A stretch of DNA of 64,000 nt from Candidatus Cloacimonadales bacterium. Lineage in GTDB: Bacteria > Cloacimonadota > Cloacimonadia > Cloacimonadales > JAFGVF01. The DNA lies in NCBI GenBank assembly GCA_963662585.1, contig OY759729.1, forward strand, positions 1-64,000, read 5' to 3'. Below the pieces are notes generated by a model. The model was not told where the DNA came from and searched no databases. It saw only the letters and a program-made list of their open reading frames with translations. Position numbers and translations under genes: made by a program. The first letter of the stretch is position 1; each line of letters opens with the position of its first letter. Shown here piece by piece: positions 1 to 8,981 of this stretch.

Positions 1-1437
1 CAAGAAGCAGGTGCTACTGCAGATTTAGAAATGGCTTACACAATTGCAGACGGACTTCAATATATCAGAACAGGTATTGATGCTGGAATCGATATAGATA
101 AATTTGCCCCAAGATTATCTTTCTTCTGGGGTGAAGGAATGAATTACTTTATGGAAGTCGCTAAGCTTAGAGCTGCTCGTCTTCTTTGGGCCAAAATTGT
201 TAAGCAATTTAATCCTAAGAATCCTAAATCTTTAGCCTTAAGAACTCACTCTCAAACTTCAGGGTGGAGTCTTACCGAACAAGATCCATATAATAATGTA
301 ACAAGAACTTGTATTGAGGCTCTTGCAGCTACAATGGGTGGAACACAATCACTTCATACTAATGCTTTAGATGAAGCTATTGCTCTTCCAACAGAATTCT
401 CAGCAAGAATTGCACGCAATACTCAGCTTTTCTTACAAAATGAAGCAGGAATCTGTGATGTTATTGACCCATGGGGTGGTTCATATTATGTTGAATCTCT
501 TACTCATGCACTTCTTCACTTAGGTTGGAATCACATTCAAGAAGTTGAAGAATTAGGTGGTATGGCTAAAGCTATTGAAACAGGTTTACCAAAACTCAGA
601 ATCGAAGAAGCTGCTGCTCGCAGACAAGCAAAGATCGATTCAGGAATTGAAACTATCGTAGGAACAAACAAATATCGTCTTGATAAAGAAGAAGCTATCG
701 AAATTCTCGAAGTTGATAATACTGCAGTTAGAGAATCTCAGCTTAAGAGATTAGCAAAACTCAAAGCTGAGAGAGATAACGCTAAGGTTAAACAAACTCT
801 CGATGCAATTACTAAATCAGCCGAAACTGGCGAGGGCAATCTTTTAGAGTTAGCTGTTGAAGCTGCTCGTGCTCGCGCAACATTAGGGGAGATATCTGAC
901 GCTATGGAAAAAGTTTTTGAAAGACATCAAGCTAATAATAAGTTAATTTCTAATGTTTATAGCTCTGAATATGCAAAGACTGATGAAGTGGATGAAGTTA
1001 GAAAGATGACTGATGATTTTGAAGAGAATGAAGGTCGTCGTCCTAGAATTATGATTGCTAAAATGGGACAGGATGGACATGATAGAGGAGCTAAAGTCGT
1101 CTCTACAGCTTATGCCGATATGGGCTTCGATGTAGATGTAGGACCACTCTTCCAAACTCCTGCTGAAACTGCTAAACAAGCAGTTGAAAATGATGTTCAT
1201 GTTATTGGTATGAGTTCACTTGCAGCTGGTCATAAAGTACTATTACCTACTTTGATTGAAGAATTAAAGAAGTTAGGTAGAGAAGATATTATGGTGATTG
1301 CTGGTGGAGTTATTCCTTCTCAAGACTACGATTTCTTATACGAACATGGTGCTTCTGCCATATTCGGACCTGGTACAGTCTTACCTCATGCAGCTAAGAC
1401 AATTATGATAAAACTTAATGAAAGATTAGGTTACTAA
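1..1437 (+). CDS. scpA: Methylmalonyl-CoA mutase (B12-dependent), 5'-truncated by window
   Basis: Frame is open from base 1 ([11 protein letters not shown]...). Motifs [20 protein letters not shown], and C-terminal B12-binding [10 protein letters not shown] (DxHxxG) / SSLAAGH. Confidence 0.96.
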   Translation, partial: QEAGATADLEMAYTIADGLQYIRTGIDAGIDIDKFAPRLSFFWGEGMNYFMEVAKLRAARLLWAKIVKQFNPKNPKSLALRTHSQTSGWSLTEQDPYNNVTRTCIEALAATMGGTQSLHTNALDEAIALPTEFSARIARNTQLFLQNEAGICDVIDPWGGSYYVESLTHALLHLGWNHIQEVEELGGMAKAIETGLPKLRIEEAAARRQAKIDSGIETIVGTNKYRLDKEEAIEILEVDNTAVRESQLKRLAKLKAERDNAKVKQTLDAITKSAETGEGNLLELAVEAARARATLGEISDAMEKVFERHQANNKLISNVYSSEYAKTDEVDEVRKMTDDFEENEGRRPRIMIAKMGQDGHDRGAKVVSTAYADMGFDVDVGPLFQTPAETAKQAVENDVHVIGMSSLAAGHKVLLPTLIEELKKLGREDIMVIAGGVIPSQDYDFLYEHGASAIFGPGTVLPHAAKTIMIKLNERLGY

Positions 1438-1463
1438 TTTAACAATCTTGATTAGATTTAAGA

Positions 1464-1495
1464 ATGTAGAGGCGTTGCTTGCAGCGTCTCTACAT
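1464..1495. repeat. GTAG-type REP-like palindrome
   Basis: ATGTAGAGGCGTTGC-TT-GCAGCGTCTCTACAT: 15-bp arms with two G:U pairs, GTAG...CTAC at the base, no U-tract. Confidence 0.6.
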
Positions 1496-1590
1496 CATAT
1501 AAATCAATTTTTAGTGAGGCTATTATTAATAAGAAAAATAGACTGGAATGGGTTCCTGTAGATGGTGGTTCTGAATATTCAACTTCAGTT

Positions 1591-2664
1591 ATGCCTGGTA
1601 AAAGCGCTAATCATGATGGTTTCCCCAATTCCCAAAATAATACATTAAATGATTCTTCTAAAGTTAAGAGAAAGCACTTAACTATTGATGATTTCGTAGA
1701 GGGAATTCTCAATCAAAATAAAACTATTCTAGCTCGGGCGATTACATTAATAGAGAGTAATTCCCAAAAACATTTAGATACTGCTCAAGAAGTTATTAAG
1801 CAAATACTTCCCCATTCAGGGAAATCTATTCGGGTCGGAATAAGTGGAGTACCAGGAGCAGGGAAAAGCACTTTTATTGAGAAGTTCGGACTCTATCTAC
1901 TAACTTTAGGATATAAAGTTGCTGTTTTAGCTATTGATCCATCAAGTAGCGTTACCAAAGGAAGCATTTTAGGCGATAAAACTCGCATGGAAACTTTGTC
2001 TCGTGAAGAAGATTGCTTTATTCGCCCATCTCCTTCTGGAGGTTCACTAGGTGGTGTTACTCGTAAAACTAGAGAAACTATTCTCTTATGTGAAGCTTTC
2101 GGTTATGATGTTATTCTTGTAGAAACTGTTGGGGTTGGTCAAAATGAAGTAACAGTAAGAGATATGGTTGATTTTTTCCTACTTCTCCAAATTGCAGGTG
2201 CTGGTGATGAATTGCAGGGTATTAAGAAAGGTGTGATTGAAATATCTGATGCAATAGTAGTCAATAAGGCCGATGGTGATAACATTAACAAAGCTAAACT
2301 AGCTCAGGGTGAATATTCTACTGCACTTCATTATCTTTCACCTTCAACTCCAGGTTGGGATTCAAGAGCTTTTACCTGTTCAGCTTTAACAGGAAAAGGT
2401 TTACCTGAAATATGGAAGATAATTATGAAATTTAAAGATATTACCAATCAAAATGCTTTCTTTGAAAAAAGACGAAATAATCAAATTATCAGCTGGGTTA
2501 ATTCTATGATTACAGAATATTTGATTAGTAGCTTCTATCATAATCAGCAAGTAAAAAATGTCATGCCAGAGATTAAAACTGATCTACTATCTGGTAAGAT
2601 AACACCAACTAATGCTGTAGATTATTTATTGAAATTATATAATAACCAAATTACTAAGGAGTAA
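1591..2664 (+). CDS. meaB: MeaB GTPase, methylmalonyl-CoA mutase chaperone (true start may be ATT near 1525)
   Basis: GVPGAGKST, IDPSS, GSILGDKTRM, FIRPSPS, VETVGVGQ, NKAD; follows the mutase. Confidence 0.95.
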   Translation: MPGKSANHDGFPNSQNNTLNDSSKVKRKHLTIDDFVEGILNQNKTILARAITLIESNSQKHLDTAQEVIKQILPHSGKSIRVGISGVPGAGKSTFIEKFGLYLLTLGYKVAVLAIDPSSSVTKGSILGDKTRMETLSREEDCFIRPSPSGGSLGGVTRKTRETILLCEAFGYDVILVETVGVGQNEVTVRDMVDFFLLLQIAGAGDELQGIKKGVIEISDAIVVNKADGDNINKAKLAQGEYSTALHYLSPSTPGWDSRAFTCSALTGKGLPEIWKIIMKFKDITNQNAFFEKRRNNQIISWVNSMITEYLISSFYHNQQVKNVMPEIKTDLLSGKITPTNAVDYLLKLYNNQITKE

Positions 2665-2666
2665 GT

Positions 2667-3980
2667 TTGTCAAAATATTATCACCTAATCAGCTTAGGCT
2701 GTCCTAAAAATCTCATTGATAGCGAAATATTCTCATTTCTAACTGAAGAAGCCAATTATCTTCCTACTGAAGATAGTACTGAAGCAGATTTGATTATAAT
2801 TAATACCTGCGGTTTTATTGTTTCAGCCAAAGAAGAGGGAATAGAGACCATTTTAGAGGCTATCAGAATGAAGCAAGAGGGCGTTTGTAAGACCTTAGTG
2901 GTAACTGGTTGCCTTGTTAAAAGATATTTTGATGAACTAATGACAGAATTTCCAGAAATAGACTTCTTAATCAACTTAAAAGATTTTAAAAAATTTGCTC
3001 AAGTTCTCGGATTAAAAGATTTTGCTTATAATAGAAAATTAATGACTCCTTCTCATTATTCATACCTTGGAATTAGTGATGGTTGCAATAATAATTGTAC
3101 TTATTGTGCAATTCCCTTAATTAGAGGAAAGTTAACTTCAATTCCTATGGAAGAGGTTATTGCTGAAGCTAAAAAATTAGCTGATCAAGGAGTAAAAGAG
3201 TTAATAATCACAGCTCAGGATACCACCCAATATGGTAAAGATATTTACCCGGAAGGAAGATTAATCCAACTTCTTAGAAAAGTATCAGAAGTTAATGGTA
3301 TAGAGTGGATAAGATTACTCTACTTACACCCTGCTCATATTACTCATGAGTTAATTGATGCTGTTGCTACAATTCCTAAAATATTACCTTATTTTGATAT
3401 TCCGCTTCAACATATTAGTGATGATATTCTCCGCAAAATGAATAGAAGAAAATTTAATTCTCACATCAATGATATTCTAGATTATCTCTTAGAAAAGATT
3501 CCTCATGCAATGATTAGAACTACTTTTATTGTCGGGTTCCCTGGAGAAGAAAGAAAAGATTATGAAGAACTTAAGAGATTTATTCAGAAGAGAAAATTTG
3601 CTAGATTAGGTGTTTTTATTTACTCAGCTGAAGAAGATACTCCTGCTCATGATTTTACCCCTCAAGTTTTAAAGAAAACTGCTGTTAATCGCTATAATAA
3701 GTTAATGCAGATTCAACAAGATATCTCCGCTGATATCATGGAAAGTTTTGTTGGAAAAGAGATTGATTGCATAATCGATAAAGTCGCAAGTGAACAGGAT
3801 TTTGATTTCGAAGGCAGATCTTGGTTCGATGCACCTGATGTGGATGGAATGGTCTATATGACTGATAATCAAGACTTAGCAAAAGTAGGGGATATTGTTA
3901 CTGTTAAAATCGTCGAAGCATGGGAATATGATTTGGTAGGTGAAGTTGTTGAGGTTAAGAATAATAATAAAATTTACTAA
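2667..3980 (+). CDS. rimO: Ribosomal protein S12 methylthiotransferase
   Basis: SLGCPKN, NTCGFI, radical SAM CNNNCTYC, DAPDVDG TRAM domain. Confidence 0.93.
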   Translation: MSKYYHLISLGCPKNLIDSEIFSFLTEEANYLPTEDSTEADLIIINTCGFIVSAKEEGIETILEAIRMKQEGVCKTLVVTGCLVKRYFDELMTEFPEIDFLINLKDFKKFAQVLGLKDFAYNRKLMTPSHYSYLGISDGCNNNCTYCAIPLIRGKLTSIPMEEVIAEAKKLADQGVKELIITAQDTTQYGKDIYPEGRLIQLLRKVSEVNGIEWIRLLYLHPAHITHELIDAVATIPKILPYFDIPLQHISDDILRKMNRRKFNSHINDILDYLLEKIPHAMIRTTFIVGFPGEERKDYEELKRFIQKRKFARLGVFIYSAEEDTPAHDFTPQVLKKTAVNRYNKLMQIQQDISADIMESFVGKEIDCIIDKVASEQDFDFEGRSWFDAPDVDGMVYMTDNQDLAKVGDIVTVKIVEAWEYDLVGEVVEVKNNNKIY

Positions 3981-4760
3981 GTCTTATATTTCTGATTTTC
4001 TCTTTATTTAAACTACTTATCTTGCTTGATTTAGATTGATTTTGAGAGACTAAGTAATAGCTCTTAAAGGGTTAAGATGTTTTTTCTATTTCCTTCTATC
4101 AATAAACTAGGACTTTGGAGCTAAGTTTTTTGGTAATTATCTGCCTATCCTTGGTCTGCTGAAGCAACAGGTAATTTCGGAGGGGATACTCTGGGAGTGT
4201 CTTACGAACACTCCCTGTCAGATGCCATGCCTTCTAGATATTTGTTTAATTAGTGGAAATTTCTTTTAACCTGGTAGTGCCTAGTGAACTAAGCCTTCTT
4301 CGCGTTAATTAGTGTGAAAGTTATGCCCACAATCTCTAATCTCAATTCAAAATTCTCCCTATCTATAATACTATAGGGCCCACTTTTTCTAAAAATGGTC
4401 CAGTTTCTTTATTTTTTCTTAAAAAACTTCTGCCTTATAGAATATATTCTATAAGGTAACTTAGTAATGTTAGAAGACGCTAACATTATATTACTAATAA
4501 AATACTACTGCTTATATTACCTTTTCCCTTTACTTTTCCTCTGCTCTTTATCACTCTTCTCAAAGATTATTTGGATTTTATCCGAAATGAGAGAGATAGA
4601 GCAAGGGAGGAGAGTTGAGTTATCAGTAACTTATTATACTATTTCTCCAATTAACAAGAAGTGAACAGGGATATTAGTTAACTAAAGATGTAAACAACAC
4701 AAAAGAAATTATATAAGCTTATAATAATTTGAAAAAAAATGATTAAATGAAAATTAATTG

Positions 4761-4790
4761 TTGACAAGAAAAATTAAATCCTCATTTATT
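4761..4790 (+). promoter_or_regulatory. Putative sigma70 promoter of the cas operon
   Basis: TTGACA (4761-4766), 18 nt, TTTATT; upstream of the AGGAGG RBS at 4801. Confidence 0.5.
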
Positions 4791-4811
4791 GCATTATCAG
4801 AGGAGGTTCTG

Positions 4812-5474
4812 ATGAAATATATCATTTTGAAGTTTAATGATGTGAAATTGGATGTTAGAGATATAGCGAAGGTTAGGGGTTATTTTGCTAGGAAATTTTC
4901 CGATAATACTCTATTACACAACCATCTTCCTAATGGGAAGTTTTCTTATAAATTCCCAAAGATACAATATCGCTTATTTGATGGTAATCCTGCTTTAATT
5001 GCTATGGAAGAGGGTATAGATATCATAAAAGAGGTCTTTTTTCTTACTGAAGAGATGGAAATTGGTAACAGAATTATATCACTAAATGAGAAAGAGATAA
5101 TTTCCTATGATGTGGAAATAAATCAACAAAAAGAATTTTCTTATTATCAATTTATCTCCCCCTATATGGCTCTTAATCAAGACAATTACCTCAGATATCA
5201 AGAAGCTGACAAGTATGATAAAGAATCTATCTTGAAAGATATTATTAAAAGTAATTTGAAAACTATTTCCAAAGGATTCTCTTATGAAATTCCTGACTTT
5301 GATAATATCATTGTAGAAGCTAACCTTAAACCAAAAATGGTTAATTTTAAAAATATAAAAATGCTCTGCTTTAGTGGGGATTTTAAAGCAAATTTCTTAA
5401 TACCAGATTACTGGGGTATCGGGAAACAAACAGCAAGAGGTTTTGGGGTCGTTAAACAAATTAAACACACTTAA
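4812..5474 (+). CDS. cas6: CRISPR endoribonuclease Cas6 (Cas6b-like)
   Basis: RGYF, LLHNH, PKIQYR, C-terminal Gly loop WGIGKQTARGFG. Start moved to ATG 4812 because of AGGAGG at 4801. Confidence 0.92.
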   Translation: MKYIILKFNDVKLDVRDIAKVRGYFARKFSDNTLLHNHLPNGKFSYKFPKIQYRLFDGNPALIAMEEGIDIIKEVFFLTEEMEIGNRIISLNEKEIISYDVEINQQKEFSYYQFISPYMALNQDNYLRYQEADKYDKESILKDIIKSNLKTISKGFSYEIPDFDNIIVEANLKPKMVNFKNIKMLCFSGDFKANFLIPDYWGIGKQTARGFGVVKQIKHT

Positions 5475-5494
5475 TAATCAGAAAAGGAGGCTCT

Positions 5495-7348
5495 ATGATT
5501 AATAAGATGTATGCGATGATGAAGTATATTTCTGACGAAGATAAAGAGAAATATATTGAAACAAATGCTTACGGTTTAGATCTTACAGATAGGAAAGAGG
5601 ATGTTATTGTTCTTGATTTTACTGTAGAGGATGAAGATAATATTGGATTTGCAGGTTCAACTGTGGTTCCTTACTCAAAAAGAAACAATCTTAGATGGTT
5701 TTATTATGCTGCAGCAAAGGCACAAGCAACACCAAATGTTCCAACAGTCTTGACTGATTTATCCAAGTTTTATGATAAAAAAATCAATGATTCCCAAGAA
5801 GAAATATTTGAAGTTACAGAGTTGATTCCAGGAAAAAATGCTACAAAATTTCTTCGAGCTTTAAAAAATAATGCGAACAATCCTGTATTAGTGAAACTTG
5901 AAGAGTACTTTTTGGAGAAATTCTCATTAATAGCAGAAGCTATTTCCAAAGAAATTGAAGCAACTAATCCTACTCTAAATATTCTGACTATCAGAATAAA
6001 TAATAAATATGTTGGAGAATCAGAATATTATGAAGAGATTTTAGCTAATTGGTCGAAAAATTATTATGAGAAATATTTCGTGTCTGAAAAGTTAACAGGT
6101 AAAGATCAGTTCTGCTCTATATGCAAGACTAAGAAAAAAGAAGTATGGGGTTTCGTTAGTACCTTTAATTTTTATGCTGCCAAGACAGAATTAGCCCCGA
6201 TTGCGGGAGGATTTGATAAAGATAGTAGTTCAAAGAATTATCCAGTATGTAGAGAATGTGCTAGAGAACTTGATAAATCAAAATATCTGTTAACTAACTC
6301 TATGAGTTATCGTTTTTGTGGCTTTAACTATTTTCTTATCCCAGAGTTTATTCTTGATAGTCCTAACAATAGCGATATAATGGAGTATTTCTATGATGAT
6401 GCCAAAGTTGGTCAATTTAGGATAAAACACGGAGAGACACATTTAATTTCTAATGACCAGAAAGAGATTATTGATATTTTAGCGAAATCGGATAATTCTC
6501 TTAACTATTCACTTGTCTTTTGGGATGAAAATCAAGCAAAGTTCTCTATTCTCTTAACTGTTGATGGGATATTCCCTTCTCAATTTAGGGAGATTTTTAA
6601 AGCTAAAGAAAAAGCGGATAGTTATAATATATTTCTTGAACTCAAAGGTTTATACGAGAAAGGAGTAAAATCAGATTTAAAGTTCATGTTTGAAAACCTG
6701 AAAGTTTTTCTTCCAATAAAAAGTAAAGTATATGGGGACTACAGTAAATCTTTTTTAGAGATTGTAGGTAGGATTTTCAGACAAAAGCCAATATCTTACA
6801 CTATGATTATTGAAAGATTTATGTCTATTTTTAGGAGAAAATGGACTAATGAAGATTTTCTTCTTTATGATATTGAAAAAATAATAAATATTATCTATTT
6901 TTTACACTATTTAGAATTAATTGATTTAAATAAACAAAAAATCACGGAGGTAAATATGGAAGAGGTTTATGCAAAATTTTTAGAAGAGCATCAAGAATTT
7001 TTGAACAGTGATGCAAAGAGAGCAATATTTTTAATGGGTTTACTTACCCAAAATTTACTAAGTCTCCAATATAAAGAGAGAAATGCTACGCCTTTTAGGA
7101 AGCAGTTAAACTCTTTAAAACTTTCACCAGCTTATATTAGAAAGCTTTTCCCTCAAATTATTGAAAAATTTGAACAATACGGAAAGAATTATTATAAAAA
7201 GCTAGAATCAACAATTTCAGAAATATTACTTACAGCTAAATTAGAAGAACTCTCAAATGATGAAATTTCTTTCTATTTCGTGACTGGAATGACCTTAGAA
7301 AATAAATTTAAAACAGATAAAAAAGATATTACAAGTGAGGAGGAATAA
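5495..7348 (+). CDS. cas8b: Type I-B large subunit Cas8b (TM1802/Csh1-like)
   Basis: 617 aa between cas6 and cas7; Zn motifs CSIC and NYPVCREC; helical C-terminus (AIFLMGLL...ISFYFVTGM). Confidence 0.88.
   Translation: MINKMYAMMKYISDEDKEKYIETNAYGLDLTDRKEDVIVLDFTVEDEDNIGFAGSTVVPYSKRNNLRWFYYAAAKAQATPNVPTVLTDLSKFYDKKINDSQEEIFEVTELIPGKNATKFLRALKNNANNPVLVKLEEYFLEKFSLIAEAISKEIEATNPTLNILTIRINNKYVGESEYYEEILANWSKNYYEKYFVSEKLTGKDQFCSICKTKKKEVWGFVSTFNFYAAKTELAPIAGGFDKDSSSKNYPVCRECARELDKSKYLLTNSMSYRFCGFNYFLIPEFILDSPNNSDIMEYFYDDAKVGQFRIKHGETHLISNDQKEIIDILAKSDNSLNYSLVFWDENQAKFSILLTVDGIFPSQFREIFKAKEKADSYNIFLELKGLYEKGVKSDLKFMFENLKVFLPIKSKVYGDYSKSFLEIVGRIFRQKPISYTMIIERFMSIFRRKWTNEDFLLYDIEKIINIIYFLHYLELIDLNKQKITEVNMEEVYAKFLEEHQEFLNSDAKRAIFLMGLLTQNLLSLQYKERNATPFRKQLNSLKLSPAYIRKLFPQIIEKFEQYGKNYYKKLESTISEILLTAKLEELSNDEISFYFVTGMTLENKFKTDKKDITSEEE
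6956..7348 (+). CDS. cas11: Putative Cas11 small subunit, internally translated in frame from cas8b (130 aa)
   Basis: GGAGGT at 6946-6951, then in-frame ATG at 6956 at the start of the C-terminal helical domain. Confidence 0.7.
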   Translation: MEEVYAKFLEEHQEFLNSDAKRAIFLMGLLTQNLLSLQYKERNATPFRKQLNSLKLSPAYIRKLFPQIIEKFEQYGKNYYKKLESTISEILLTAKLEELSNDEISFYFVTGMTLENKFKTDKKDITSEEE

Positions 7349-7350
7349 TC

Positions 7351-8259
7351 ATGGTTAAGACAAGAAGAGAAATGTTATTTTTATATGATGTAGTTAATGC
7401 TAATCCTAATGGAGATCCTGCAGATGAAAACAAACCAAGAATTGATGAAGAATCTAAAAAGAATATTGTTACTGATGTAAGGTTAAAAAGGACAGTTAGA
7501 GACTATTTAATTAATTATATGGGGCATAATGGTACTGGAGTCGATGGTTATGATGTATTTGTGAGAACAACTCCTTCTAAGTCAGGTAAAGGAATTAAAG
7601 AATGCAAAACAAGGAATGAAGATTTTGGGTTAGATATTAATAATATATTGAAAAACTGTATTGATATAAGATTGTTTGGAGGTGTTTTACCATGGCAAAA
7701 GACAAAAAAAATAAAAGGAGCATTTACTTTAACAGGTCCAGTACAATTTAAAATGGGACAGTCTCTTCACACTGTGGAAATGAAATTTTTAAAAGGTACA
7801 GGAGCTTTTGCATCAAAAGATGGTGATGCTCAGCAAACCTTCCGTGAAGAGTATATTCTCCCTTATTCTCTAATAGCTTTTTATGGTGTAGTCAATGAAA
7901 ATGCTGGTAAAGAGACTAAATTGACAGAATCTGATATTGAAATGTTAAAAAAGGCTATGTGGCAAGGGACTAAGAATCTCATTTCTAGGTCAAAAATGGA
8001 GCATAATCCTCGAATGTTATTGAATATCACCTATAAAGAAGCAAATTTCTTCATTGGGGAACTAGATAAATTCGTAGATTTAATCAGCGAAAAAAGGGAT
8101 GAGCAGTTGAGAGACCCAAATGATTTTATCCTAGATTTTACAAGACTTTCAGAAAAGATTAAAGAATACGAATCGAAGATTGAGAAAATCGAAATTGCTA
8201 GAGATTCTCGCTTACAAATTAAAGGTATTGAATTTGAATATACTTCTTTAAATCTTTAA
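7351..8259 (+). CDS. cas7: Cas7 (Csh2/Cas7b)
   Basis: NANPNGDP, PRID, VTDVRLKRTVRDY, DIRLFG, TGPVQF. Confidence 0.95.
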   Translation: MVKTRREMLFLYDVVNANPNGDPADENKPRIDEESKKNIVTDVRLKRTVRDYLINYMGHNGTGVDGYDVFVRTTPSKSGKGIKECKTRNEDFGLDINNILKNCIDIRLFGGVLPWQKTKKIKGAFTLTGPVQFKMGQSLHTVEMKFLKGTGAFASKDGDAQQTFREEYILPYSLIAFYGVVNENAGKETKLTESDIEMLKKAMWQGTKNLISRSKMEHNPRMLLNITYKEANFFIGELDKFVDLISEKRDEQLRDPNDFILDFTRLSEKIKEYESKIEKIEIARDSRLQIKGIEFEYTSLNL

Positions 8260-8270
8260 AGAGGTGAGAA

Positions 8271-8981
8271 ATGAATAAAGTACTAGTGTTTGATATATTT
8301 GGAGAATATGCTCATTTTAGGAAGTATTTCACTAATATGTCACCAACTACTTTTCTGTTACCCCCTAGAACTGTAATAACTGGGATTATTGGGGCTATTA
8401 TTGGTATTGATAAAGCTAAGAATCCAGAGAACTTCTCTTTGAAAGAAAGCTTAATATCTGTGGGATTAAAAAAAGAAGTTAATAAAGTAGTTATGCAAAT
8501 TAATGGAGTGAAAGCAAATTCTCTCTCTACTCTCACTATGCCAGTAGGTCAGAAGAGGCAGATAAATTATGAGTTTGTAAAAAACCCTCTCTATCGTATC
8601 TATTTTAGTCACAATAATACAGAACTTTATAATAAGCTAAAAATGAAATTAGAAGAACATCAAGCTGTTTATTCTATTTCTTTAGGTTCTGCTCAGTGTT
8701 TGGCTAATTATGATTATATTGGTGAATTTGATTTATCAGAAGTAGAATCACCTGATTTTCAGAAAGTTAGATCTATAATAGCTATTGAAAATCTTCTTGA
8801 AATAGATTTTTCAGGAAATAATAAAGTTCAAAAATCAACAATGCCTAATGAAATGTTAAATGATAGAAGAGTAACAAAATATGAAGAGTTTATTTATAGT
8901 ATAAATGGGGAAGCAATGTTGGCTAAAGTGAAAAAACTCTATTCAATAGACAAGTTGGGAGAATTTATCTGTGCTATGTAA
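8271..8981 (+). CDS. cas5: Cas5 (type I-B)
   Basis: VFDIFGEYAHFRK...PPRTVITGIIGAIIG signature. Confidence 0.94.
   Translation: MNKVLVFDIFGEYAHFRKYFTNMSPTTFLLPPRTVITGIIGAIIGIDKAKNPENFSLKESLISVGLKKEVNKVVMQINGVKANSLSTLTMPVGQKRQINYEFVKNPLYRIYFSHNNTELYNKLKMKLEEHQAVYSISLGSAQCLANYDYIGEFDLSEVESPDFQKVRSIIAIENLLEIDFSGNNKVQKSTMPNEMLNDRRVTKYEEFIYSINGEAMLAKVKKLYSIDKLGEFICAM

Noticed and set aside
4467..4664. 65-aa hydrophobic ORF upstream of cas6 (possible toxin)
   Set aside because: No recognisable family and only a weak RBS. Its composition is explained by the pyrimidine/purine arms of the hairpin element it overlaps.
4758..4811. Longer ORF-track starts for cas6 (4758) and cas2 (12203)
   Set aside because: RBS position and stop-start coupling favour ATG 4812 and ATG 12233.
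5475..5494. CreTA toxin-antitoxin between cas6 and cas8b
   Set aside because: The gap is only 20 bp and holds just the RBS.
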